DNA of 64,000 nucleotides from Alphaproteobacteria bacterium (GTDB lineage Bacteria; Pseudomonadota; Alphaproteobacteria; RF32; CAG-239): NCBI GenBank assembly GCA_045597005.1, contig JAZODJ010000009.1, positions 6,348 to 70,347 of the forward strand, read 5' to 3'. Shown piece by piece: positions 1 to 8,521 of this stretch (position 1 is its first letter; each line of letters starts with the position of its first letter). The notes under the pieces were generated by a model. It saw only the letters and a program-made list of their open reading frames with translations, ran no database searches and was not told where the DNA came from. The position numbers and the translations under genes were made by a program.

Positions 1-458
1 TTGAAGGAGTTGTAATCTGGCGGAAGATATGCAGTCATAAAAGGGATATTTGATAAATTATTCCATTCTTCTTGTTGGGTTTGTATCTCAGTATTTTGAT
101 AAATCGGTTCCGAAACATTATTCTCTACATTTTGAGTTGGGGTTTCAATTCGTGAAATAGCCTGCTCATAAATTTTTTGAAAAACGCCTTTTTTGTTTTC
201 TTTTTCGTGCATTTGACGTGCAACACTCGGAATATAACCAAAATTACGATTAATATCGTCCGGATTGACTTTAATTGCCTTTTCAAAACCATCTTTTATC
301 AAGTCTTTAAATTCTTCAGTCGTTATTTTTTTTACCTCATTAGAAACGGTTTGTTCCTGCGGTTTGATGTTCTCTTGTGCTGTTATTCTGGAAATTTTAG
401 CTTGAACAGCATTTACAAACAATAAATTGAAACAAATTGCAAAAAAAAGTTTATTCAT
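1..458 (-). CDS. Partial (runs off window) exported hypothetical protein, missed by ORF track
   Basis: Manual translation from ATG at 458: MNKLFFAICFNLLFVNAVQA-KISRITAQENIKPQ... stays open to the window edge; N-terminus looks like a Sec signal peptide. Confidence 0.75.
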   Translation of the reverse strand, partial: MNKLFFAICFNLLFVNAVQAKISRITAQENIKPQEQTVSNEVKKITTEEFKDLIKDGFEKAIKVNPDDINRNFGYIPSVARQMHEKENKKGVFQKIYEQAISRIETPTQNVENNVSEPIYQNTEIQTQQEEWNNLSNIPFMTAYLPPDYNSF

Positions 459-544
459 AACTTGACACTCATTGTTAACTATTTCATCATAAAATGTATC
501 TTATCATTAAGTTATTAAAAAAGTAATAAAGGAGATTTAAACTA

Positions 545-1273
545 ATGAGTAATATGGTTGGCGCAATTATTTTGGGGGCAGGCAAAGGTACAAGAATGAA
601 GTCTGATCTGCCTAAGGTCTTGATGCCTGTTGACGGCAAACCCATGATACGTCATATTATTGATACTTTGGAAAAACTCAAAATAAATAAAATAGTTACT
701 GTAATAGCACCTGATGGTGATGCCGTAAAAAAAGAAGTATCACCATATCCTACATGTATTCAGGAAAAACAGCTCGGAACAGGGCATGCAGTATTAGCTG
801 CACGTGATGAATTTCGCGGTTTTACAGGTGATGTGTTGGTTATATTTGGAGATCAGCCTCTTTATACTCAAGAAAGTATGAAAAAACTTTTGCAGAAGAG
901 AAGACAAGGATATTCTGTGGTATGTATGGGGTTCCGTCCGCAAGATCCGGCAAGATACGGTCGTTTAATAATGGATGGTGATAATCTGAAACGGATTGTC
1001 GAGTTTAAAGATGCTTCAGACGAAGAAAAAGCAATCACATTTTGTAACTCCGGAATTATGTGTTTTGATGGAGAAAAACTTTTTTCTATTTTGGCATCTA
1101 TAAGTAATGAAAATGCAGCTCAAGAATATTATCTTACAGATGCTGTGGAGATTGCTCTTCGAATGGGGTTGAAATGTTCAGCTGTTGAATGTCCGGTAGA
1201 AGAAGCATCGGCAGCAAACACATTGGAAGAACTCGCTTTATTGGAAGAGTTAATCAAGAAAAGAAAACAATAA
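545..1273 (+). CDS. glmU: GlmU-type sugar-1-phosphate uridylyltransferase, N-terminal domain only (no acetyltransferase domain)
   Basis: LGAGKGTRMKSDLPKVL, QLGTGHAV, GDQPL, YGRL, NSGI, QEYYLTD motifs; ends at 242 aa; RBS aaggag. Confidence 0.8.
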   Translation: MSNMVGAIILGAGKGTRMKSDLPKVLMPVDGKPMIRHIIDTLEKLKINKIVTVIAPDGDAVKKEVSPYPTCIQEKQLGTGHAVLAARDEFRGFTGDVLVIFGDQPLYTQESMKKLLQKRRQGYSVVCMGFRPQDPARYGRLIMDGDNLKRIVEFKDASDEEKAITFCNSGIMCFDGEKLFSILASISNENAAQEYYLTDAVEIALRMGLKCSAVECPVEEASAANTLEELALLEELIKKRKQ

Positions 1274-1285
1274 AACAGGAATAAA

Positions 1286-1750
1286 ATGTCATTAATCAAA
1301 CGATACTGGTTTGGTGTGGTTATGGGGTGTTTAACGAGCATCTTTGTTGTTGTGCTTGTTCTCGTAATCATTGCGCCTAAACAAGATTCCAAGCAGCGTG
1401 GTTTTGTTAAATGTACTCAAAATATGGTTTCACAATTAATCGATTGTGATAAAGCTGTATTGTGTAGCATGAAAGCAATAGTCAGTAACACTTTGTGTGA
1501 TATCAAAGTAATAAATACGGGAATAAGTAAGTGGCTAAAAGGGGAACAGGAGCGTCCTTGGAGTAATTATATTTTTGAACCGGAGACAGAAAATTTTGAA
1601 TCATTTATTGATGAAGAAGAACGTGCCGAATATTTACAAAAATATCCAAATGTTGAACAAGAAATGCAACGATTAAACAAATTGAGAGAGGAACTTGAAA
1701 ATGAAGAAAACAAACAAAGCTTTGACAAAAAAATGTTGCCAAAAGAATGA
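1286..1750 (+). CDS. Hypothetical membrane-anchored protein
   Basis: N-terminal hydrophobic helix, Cys-containing soluble part, tightly packed between neighbours. Confidence 0.7.
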   Translation: MSLIKRYWFGVVMGCLTSIFVVVLVLVIIAPKQDSKQRGFVKCTQNMVSQLIDCDKAVLCSMKAIVSNTLCDIKVINTGISKWLKGEQERPWSNYIFEPETENFESFIDEEERAEYLQKYPNVEQEMQRLNKLREELENEENKQSFDKKMLPKE

Positions 1751-3542
1751 GTTACCATCTTGGGATTTGTCTGATTTATATAAAAGTATTGATGATAAAC
1801 AAATCGAGAAAGATTTAGCGGAATACAAAAAAAGTGCGATAAGTTTTGCCAAAAAATATAAAGGAAAGCTGGCGGGGCTTAATGCAAAACAATTTTTCAA
1901 AATGGCTGAAGAATGTGAAAAAAGATCAGTGTTAGGTAACAAACTTGGAGTATATGCATATTTGAATATGGTTACCCAAATGAAAAATGCTCAAGCAATG
2001 ACTTTCTATCAAAATATTTCTGAAAAGCTTAATGATTATAGCAAGCCGACTATATTCTTGTCTTTAGAGTTAAACCAACTATCTGAAGCTAAAATAAAAG
2101 AATGGATGCAAGATTCTCAAGCATCATATTTTGCTCCGTGGTTAAATCGTATAAGAACATTCAAAGATTACGAATTATCTGAAGCAGTTGAAGAAATTTT
2201 ACATGAAAAATCAGTTACATCCGGAGAAGGTTGGGAACGACTGTACGAAGAAACATCTTCAAGGCTGAAATTTGTTGTAGATGGCAAAGAATACAATGAC
2301 GCTGAAATTTCAAAACTTACTCTGGAAAAGGATGCAAAAATAAGAGAAAAGGCTGGTCGGGAGATTGCCAGAGTATATAAAGAAAACGCCCCTTTGTTTA
2401 CCTTAAATTACAATATGGTGGTAAAAGATAAGTCGATTGAAGATATTAAACGCGGTTTCAAATCACCGGTTGCATCACAAAATCTGGCAAATCGTGTTGA
2501 TGACAAAGCCGTTAAATCTCTAGCCGAAACAGTTAAAGAAAATTACGCTGATATTGCCCATCGTTTCTATAAACTAAAAGCAAAATGGTTGGGTGTAAAA
2601 AAACTTGAATATTGGGACAGAAATGCTCCGCTTCCGTTTGAAAGCGATAAAAAATATAGTTGGGAAGAAGCTGTTAAAACAGTTCTGAGTTCTTACAACG
2701 AGTTTTCTCCGAAACTGTACAATTTAGCAAAAGATTTCTTCAATAAAAACAACTCATGGATAGATGTTCCGCCTCGTGATGGAAAACGTAGCGGTGCCTT
2801 TGCTATGCCGTTACCTGATGCATATCATCCATACTTATTTTTAAATTTTGTCGGCAAACAAAACGATGTTTTGACCTTAGCTCACGAATTAGGACACGGG
2901 TGCCATATGCGCCTTAGCTCAAAACAAGGCGATTTAAATGATGCAACACCTCTTACATTAGCAGAAGTTGCTTCAGTATTTGCTGAAATGTTAACCTTCC
3001 AATCCTTATTGAAAAAAGCTGAAACAAATGAAGAAAAGCTATGTTTGATTGCCGGCAAAGTTAATGATATGATTAATACCGCAATACGTCAAATAGCTTT
3101 CCACTTCTTTGAAACTCGTGTACATGAAGAACGTCGTAAGGGAGAAGTTTCTCAAGAACGATTAGCGCAGATTTGGCGTGAGGAAATGTCATCATCGCTT
3201 GGAAAATATGTTAACATTGATGAGGTTACTGAAAATAACTGGGCTGTCGTCGGTCATTTTTTCTGGAAGCCTTTTTATGTTTATGCATACTCTTTTGCTG
3301 ATTGTTTGGTTAATTCGCTATACCAAGTATATAGTGAGGGTAAAGTTAAAGATTTTGCGGACAAATATCTGGAAATGTTATCATTAACAGGCGTTAAGAA
3401 ATATGACGAGCTTTTGAAGCCGTTTGGTCTCAATGCTAAAGATGCAAAATTTTGGAACAAAGGATTGAGTTTGATTTCCGGATATATTGATGAATTGGAG
3501 CGTTTGGATAAAATTATTTCAAAGGAAAGAAAAAGTGCTTAA
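1695..3542 (+). CDS. pepF: Oligoendopeptidase F (M3B family)
   Basis: LPSWDLSDLY N-terminus, GKRSGAF, zinc motif AHELGH, LAEVASVFAE, HFFWKPFYVYAY. Confidence 0.9.
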   Translation: MKMKKTNKALTKKCCQKNELPSWDLSDLYKSIDDKQIEKDLAEYKKSAISFAKKYKGKLAGLNAKQFFKMAEECEKRSVLGNKLGVYAYLNMVTQMKNAQAMTFYQNISEKLNDYSKPTIFLSLELNQLSEAKIKEWMQDSQASYFAPWLNRIRTFKDYELSEAVEEILHEKSVTSGEGWERLYEETSSRLKFVVDGKEYNDAEISKLTLEKDAKIREKAGREIARVYKENAPLFTLNYNMVVKDKSIEDIKRGFKSPVASQNLANRVDDKAVKSLAETVKENYADIAHRFYKLKAKWLGVKKLEYWDRNAPLPFESDKKYSWEEAVKTVLSSYNEFSPKLYNLAKDFFNKNNSWIDVPPRDGKRSGAFAMPLPDAYHPYLFLNFVGKQNDVLTLAHELGHGCHMRLSSKQGDLNDATPLTLAEVASVFAEMLTFQSLLKKAETNEEKLCLIAGKVNDMINTAIRQIAFHFFETRVHEERRKGEVSQERLAQIWREEMSSSLGKYVNIDEVTENNWAVVGHFFWKPFYVYAYSFADCLVNSLYQVYSEGKVKDFADKYLEMLSLTGVKKYDELLKPFGLNAKDAKFWNKGLSLISGYIDELERLDKIISKERKSA

Positions 3543-4299
3543 CAGTATTATCAATGTAGTTCGTTCATGCGGTAATATAATCAAAGAAGTTTCTGCTGAT
3601 AATGTAAATATAAAAAACGATAATCCCAAAAATTTGGTAACGGAATATGACACTAAAGTGCAAGAGGTTCTCAAAAACGAATTGCGCCAAATATTACCTG
3701 AAGCCAGTTTTTTAGGAGAAGAAGGAGAACAACATTACAGTAAAAGCGGTTTTTGCTTTGTTTGTGATCCGATAGACGGAACTTGTAATTTTGTTAAAAA
3801 TCTTAAACATAGTGGCATTTCGGTTGCATTGCTTAAAGATGGTCAGCCGATGTTAGGGGTAATTTATAATCCTTATTTAGATGAAATGTTCTGGGCTGAG
3901 AGAGGAAAAGGGGCTTTTTGTAATGGAAAATCCATACATACATCTATAGAACCGTTGGAAAATTCTCTTATCGTATTTGGGACATCTCCTTATAACGAAA
4001 GTCTTCATTCCAAAACTTGGGAACTTGCAATCAAAAGTCTTAAGTTGGGGTTGGATGTCAGACGATTAGGCGCGGCTGTTTTAGATTTAACGTGTGTTGC
4101 CAAAGGATGTTTTGGTTTGTATTGGGAACTGGAAATTCAGCCATGGGATTATGCAGCCGGAATTTTAATTGCCGAAGAGGCCGGAGCTATAGTCAGAACT
4201 ATTGACAACAAAGAAATCAAAGATTGTTTTTCAGCTACATCAATAGCTGTTTACGCTAATAATAGTTGTTTGCAAAGTTGGAACAATTTTAAGCTTTAG
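3535..4299 (+). CDS. Inositol monophosphatase family protein
   Basis: LVTEYD, FLGEEG, CDPIDGTCNF, RRLGAAVLDL, WDYAAG; GTG at 3535 behind aaagga preferred over ORF-track start 3487. Confidence 0.88.
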   Translation: MLNSIINVVRSCGNIIKEVSADNVNIKNDNPKNLVTEYDTKVQEVLKNELRQILPEASFLGEEGEQHYSKSGFCFVCDPIDGTCNFVKNLKHSGISVALLKDGQPMLGVIYNPYLDEMFWAERGKGAFCNGKSIHTSIEPLENSLIVFGTSPYNESLHSKTWELAIKSLKLGLDVRRLGAAVLDLTCVAKGCFGLYWELEIQPWDYAAGILIAEEAGAIVRTIDNKEIKDCFSATSIAVYANNSCLQSWNNFKL

Positions 4300-4453
4300 T
4301 GTACGAGAAAATCGATAATAGTATAAGAAAAACAATGTGTTCGAAAAAATCGTTTCTAAATAACGAAAAATATATGCTATACAATTTTTAGTTTTAAATT
4401 TAATCTCCATAATGTAAGAAAAATTAAATGACCAACTTCAAGGAGATAAAATA

Positions 4454-4657
4454 ATGTTAATTGGAACTGTAAAATGGTTTAACAGCAAAAAAGGATATGG
4501 ATTTATTGAACCGGAAGCAAGCAATAAAGATGTATTTGTTCACGTTACACAATTGGAAAAAATTGGCCTTAAAAGATTAAATGACGGACAACGTGTCGGT
4601 TATGAATTATATGACGATCGTGGAAGAATTGCGGCCGGAAATATCAAAATTTTGTAA
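4454..4657 (+). CDS. cspA: Cold-shock protein
   Basis: GTVKWFNSKKGYGFI (RNP1), DVFVH (RNP2); RBS aaggag. Confidence 0.93.
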   Translation: MLIGTVKWFNSKKGYGFIEPEASNKDVFVHVTQLEKIGLKRLNDGQRVGYELYDDRGRIAAGNIKIL

Positions 4658-4694
4658 TTTTATAGTTCCCGATTATATCAATTAAACCCTAAAC

Positions 4695-4729
4695 AGGACA
4701 AGATTTCCCCTCTTGTCCTTCTTTTTTTT
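4695..4729 (+). terminator. Rho-independent terminator after csp gene
   Basis: aggacaaga/tcttgtcct stem followed by T-run. Confidence 0.75.
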
Positions 4730-4766
4730 GTTATTATATAAAATATATAACTTAAGGAGAAAAAAT

Positions 4767-4835
4767 ATGCAATGGTGGCATTGGACAGTAATTACGGTTT
4801 TTCTTTTAGCAATTTTCTTAACATTGTTTTTCTAA
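4767..4835 (+). CDS. Putative 22-aa small membrane peptide MQWWHWTVITVFLLAIFLTLFF
   Basis: Strong RBS taaggaga at suitable spacing, single hydrophobic helix, TAA stop; below ORF-track cutoff. Confidence 0.55.
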   Translation: MQWWHWTVITVFLLAIFLTLFF

Positions 4836-4908
4836 AGAAAATATAAATTTTATTAAAATAAACTCTTGACAAAGGCTTTATAAAAGGGTAATAATCCCCT
4901 CATTCCAT

Positions 4909-4985
<77 letters not shown>

Positions 4986-4990
4986 AACAC

Positions 4991-5025
4991 ACACCTAACC
5001 CATTGAAGTTAGGTGTTATTTTTTT
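4991..5025 (+). terminator. Terminator after tRNA-fMet
   Basis: acacctaac/gttaggtgt stem plus T-run. Confidence 0.75.
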
Positions 5026-5094
5026 ATTCATGCACCAGCGATTCTGAAAAACCATCAAGTGTATCACAACCCTGTATCACAAGATGGGTAAAAA

Positions 5095-5220
5095 ATGAAC
5101 AGACACACAAGACTCGTTAAGCGAAATACAACTTACTATATTCGGGCCAGAATACCTGCATCTTTGGTATATTTAACAAAATCCGTTCAGTTCAATTACT
5201 CTTTATGGACTCATAACTGA
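5095..5220 (+). pseudogene. Remnant of tyrosine-integrase N-terminal arm-binding region
   Basis: MNRHTRLVKRNTTYYIRARIPASLVYLTKSVQFNYSLWTHN* resembles the HTRL.RR...YY.RA.VP start of alphaproteobacterial tRNA-associated integrases; no catalytic domain follows. Confidence 0.65.
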
Positions 5221-5291
5221 AAGTGATTAAAAATGTAATTGGTAAGTATCATTGCACAGTTTGGGTTTTAACATTAAAAAACAAGAAATTA

Positions 5292-6398
5292 CTACTTAGA
5301 TTTTTGATAATGCTTGGCCAAAGCTAAGCCGAAAGTATTTGTTCTGGACTGTGCAGCTTCATTTCTATTTACAGATACATTAAAATAAAGAGCTACGGCA
5401 TCATCTGCACTACCTGTGTTTCTTTTGCCTTGAGCTAATTTCATTGTTACTGCACTAAAATCATCATTAGAGCCGGTCTCAATTTTTCTTAAAATACGAC
5501 CTAATTTATTTATATAATTTTTATCTATTTGTGCATTTTTTAATATTTCTCTCGGATGCGCTATCTTATTTTTTATTATTTTATCCAAAAAACCATCCGA
5601 ACTAATCATAAAAGATTTAATGTTTTCCGCATCAGCCAACATTAACCAGATATCACCTCTGCCGATATTATTGATGCCTCTTTGTTTGGTCTGACTAACG
5701 ACATTCATTGTCCCTAAAAAATCACTCATTTTTTTATTTCCATCATAAAAAGGTACAAAATATCCCTCTTTTCTATTTCCCAAGTTTTGGCGTGTTTCTT
5801 TCATATATTTGAATTGAATTTTAGCCTTTTCCTCTTTTGAAAGAAATTCAAAGCCTGGATTCTCTTTTCGTATTTTTAAATCTCTATCAGTTCTTAATTT
5901 TTCAAGGATTTCATTACCTGTAATTAAGTCTATATTTCCATCATTATATTCAACCATAAGACAGCAATCACCAGAACCTATTACTTCAAAAGAACCGCCT
6001 CGAATTCTACATAGTAAAGCTGAAGCAGATGGGCATTGAAAATTTTCAAAATTATTATTTATAACAGGCATTTTTTTTGTAGCATTTTCAATAGCCTGCT
6101 GCATAATTTCAATCATTCCAAATTGGGGATTTTTTGCAATGGTAACCATTTCATCGGCAAGAATATCTGCCCAAATTCGAGCTGAAGAATATTTTCCTTC
6201 TGTAATATCCGGTAAAGAATAGATATTACCATCACTATCAATATCTTTCTGAAATCCAGTGGCTCCATCTACAATTACGGCAATTCCGTCAACATCATCT
6301 GTAGATGAACAATTATAACGCATAGCATCTTCTTGCTTTATATCATTCATATCAAGAGTTCCAATTAAGCGCACAGCCATCTTTGTTCCTTTCTGCAA
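5292..6398 (-). CDS. PP2C/PPM-like phosphatase domain protein
   Basis: IAVIVDGATG, GSGDC, ISSDGF and DD metal-binding motifs; probable start ATG 6380. Confidence 0.65.
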   Translation of the reverse strand: MQKGTKMAVRLIGTLDMNDIKQEDAMRYNCSSTDDVDGIAVIVDGATGFQKDIDSDGNIYSLPDITEGKYSSARIWADILADEMVTIAKNPQFGMIEIMQQAIENATKKMPVINNNFENFQCPSASALLCRIRGGSFEVIGSGDCCLMVEYNDGNIDLITGNEILEKLRTDRDLKIRKENPGFEFLSKEEKAKIQFKYMKETRQNLGNRKEGYFVPFYDGNKKMSDFLGTMNVVSQTKQRGINNIGRGDIWLMLADAENIKSFMISSDGFLDKIIKNKIAHPREILKNAQIDKNYINKLGRILRKIETGSNDDFSAVTMKLAQGKRNTGSADDAVALYFNVSVNRNEAAQSRTNTFGLALAKHYQKSK

Positions 6399-6444
6399 TC
6401 TCCGTATACTTCTTAGTTCCCCGTTTTGTTTGTTTACACGAAAT

Positions 6445-6473
6445 ATTTTATCTTAACCCTCAATATTTGTCAA
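6445..6473 (-). promoter_or_regulatory. Sigma70-type promoter of PP2C-like gene
   Basis: Minus strand TTGACA-17 nt-TAAAAT. Confidence 0.65.
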
Positions 6474-6699
6474 AATTTAAATAGTTGCAATTTATTCATA
6501 AATTTGCTTTTAAAATAAATAGGGTAGAGTACGATTTCTTTTATTTGCTTAGCTTAATGATGATACAAATTCATTATAAATACTAATAACCAACATTTTA
6601 CATACCAATCTACACCACATAAAAAATATAACTTAACTTTATATCAACAATAGTGTATATAAGTGTTCATATCATAATAAGTATAGGACGTTATCATTT

Positions 6700-7545
6700 A
6701 TGAAATTGAACATCATTTTTAAATCATTCGCATTTTTGTTGATTGTTGCTTTGTTAGTATGTATGGGTTGGCTTGCCTTGTATGCTAAAACTATTTTAAT
6801 TAACAGATCTAATGTTGAACCATATCCTTTTTATAATGATGAACTGGCAAAACGCCACCTTGTAGCTCATGCAGGTGCCGCAATAGACGGCAATATATAT
6901 ACAAACTCTCGTGAGGCTGTAGAAAATTCAATAAAAAATGGAAGAAAATATATTGAAATCGACTTGATTAAAACATCAGACGGTTACTATGTTGCCGCTC
7001 ATGATTGGAAACGCGTAAATCAAATGATTGGCAAAGATGGCGACGAACCTTTATCTTTAGCAGAATTTAAAAATGCAAAATTACTAGGCAAATATACCAC
7101 CATGGATACAAAAGATATAAGAGAACTTTTTGAAAAATATCCTGACTGGATTATGTTGTCAGACAAAATCAGAGATGTATCTCGTTTGCGTCAAGAGCTT
7201 CCCTATCCGGACAGAATCATAATTCAGACATTCGGTTTGTTGGATTATTTTAAAGCCCTGAAAGAAGGATTCAAATATCCTACATTACGCCTAAAGGGCG
7301 GAAGACGCGGAATAAAAGAAATTTATAAACTTTTTATGAAGTGGGGAAATGTCAAATCCGTAATATTAGGTGAAAAATCATTTAACAAAAATAAGGATTA
7401 TATAGGAGAGTTGCACAATAATGGTGTTACGGTAATTTTATATGGTAATCCGTCTTACAAGATTGTTGATGATCCTGATGCAATAAAAGCTAATTTATAC
7501 AAATATATAGACCTTGTTGATAGTGATAAAGTTCTTAAATTGTAA
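6700..7545 (+). CDS. Glycerophosphodiester phosphodiesterase family protein, N-terminally anchored
   Basis: VAHAG, N(S)REA, IEIDLIKTSDG..VAAHD motifs; N-terminal TM/signal. Confidence 0.75.
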   Translation: MKLNIIFKSFAFLLIVALLVCMGWLALYAKTILINRSNVEPYPFYNDELAKRHLVAHAGAAIDGNIYTNSREAVENSIKNGRKYIEIDLIKTSDGYYVAAHDWKRVNQMIGKDGDEPLSLAEFKNAKLLGKYTTMDTKDIRELFEKYPDWIMLSDKIRDVSRLRQELPYPDRIIIQTFGLLDYFKALKEGFKYPTLRLKGGRRGIKEIYKLFMKWGNVKSVILGEKSFNKNKDYIGELHNNGVTVILYGNPSYKIVDDPDAIKANLYKYIDLVDSDKVLKL

Positions 7546-7666
7546 AAAATATTTTGCAAATTACAAGTATAAGGCGAATTTTTATAAAATAAATATTTTT
7601 GTTTGCATCCGCATCTTTTTATGATATACAATTTCCAAAGATACTAATGTTAAAGGAAGTTGTTGG

Positions 7667-8029
7667 ATGGTAGATATATCTGAACAAAAAGTAATTGCAA
7701 AAACAACAGATGAAGTGTTGGGATATGTTGGTGAGCGTATAAAACTTATCCGAAAAATAAGAAATGTTACAATGAATGATATGGCTTCAAGTCTGGGAAT
7801 TACTCGCAAGCAACTTCAAAATTACGAAAGCGCTCAAACTAATATAGGTATATCTCGTCTTTGGCAAATAGCTCAATTAATGGATGTAGATATCGGTTTT
7901 TTTACTGACGGGTTGAATGAAAATAAACCGATTATTGATAATGAATCTCTAAATTTTATAAAAATGTTTAATCGAATCCGCGACCAAAAAACAAAAGCTG
8001 CAATTTTAGGTTTGTTAAAAGAAATTTAA
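7667..8029 (+). CDS. XRE-family HTH transcriptional regulator
   Basis: VGERIKLIRK...LGITRKQLQNYESAQTNIGISRL. Confidence 0.85.
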   Translation: MVDISEQKVIAKTTDEVLGYVGERIKLIRKIRNVTMNDMASSLGITRKQLQNYESAQTNIGISRLWQIAQLMDVDIGFFTDGLNENKPIIDNESLNFIKMFNRIRDQKTKAAILGLLKEI

Positions 8030-8049
8030 GGTCAATATTTTCGTTACAA

Positions 8050-8077
8050 AAATGCCGAAATCGTTGTTTCGGCATTT
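8050..8077 (+). terminator. Hairpin/terminator after XRE gene
   Basis: aaatgccgaaa/tttcggcattt inverted repeat. Confidence 0.55.
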
Positions 8078-8413
8078 GAGTTCTCAGTATATTTTTTTTC
8101 GTTTATAAATCATTCTCGAGTCGAATCTAAATAAGGAATTTTTTACGAAAACACGACTCGGAATCCATCCAAAAATAGGTTAATTTTTAGCTTAAATTAC
8201 CTAAAAAAATAGACAGATTGCCAAATAAAAATTTTATTAAGAAATTTATCCTCAGGCTGAAAAAAAAATTATCACACTTTTTTAAATAGATAGCAGTGAA
8301 TCCGATTTTTGTTAACTAAATTTTGGTTGAGCGGTTGTCGCTAATATATAAAAATAAAGTCAATCGGAAACGAGCCGAAGTATTGTTATTTTTTTTAACC
8401 ATAAAAAATGTGC

Positions 8414-8460
8414 ATACTATATCTAGTATCTTTACTTTTTGTTAAAACTATATATTGTAT
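8414..8460 (+). promoter_or_regulatory. Tandem NrdR boxes
   Basis: atactatatctagtat (8414-8429) and aaactatatattgtat (8445-8460) match acaCwAtATaTwGtgt, 31 bp apart, directly upstream of nrdD. Confidence 0.85.
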
Positions 8461-8521
8461 GCTTGATATCAAGGTCGATATCAGAGTCTAACCGAGTAAT
8501 AATAAGGATGAATAACAAGAT

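Noticed and set aside
177-425. ORF-track + strand 82-aa ORF
   Set aside because: Shadow of the minus-strand gene starting at 458; Phe-rich antisense-type composition
5221-8030. attR copy of the tRNA-fMet 3' end delimiting an island
   Set aside because: No duplicate of cccccgcaacca was noticed downstream, so island boundaries cannot be set
8030-8520. Long AT-rich intergenic region as possible oriC
   Set aside because: No clustered DnaA boxes recognised and no origin-typical neighbours; NrdR boxes explain part of it
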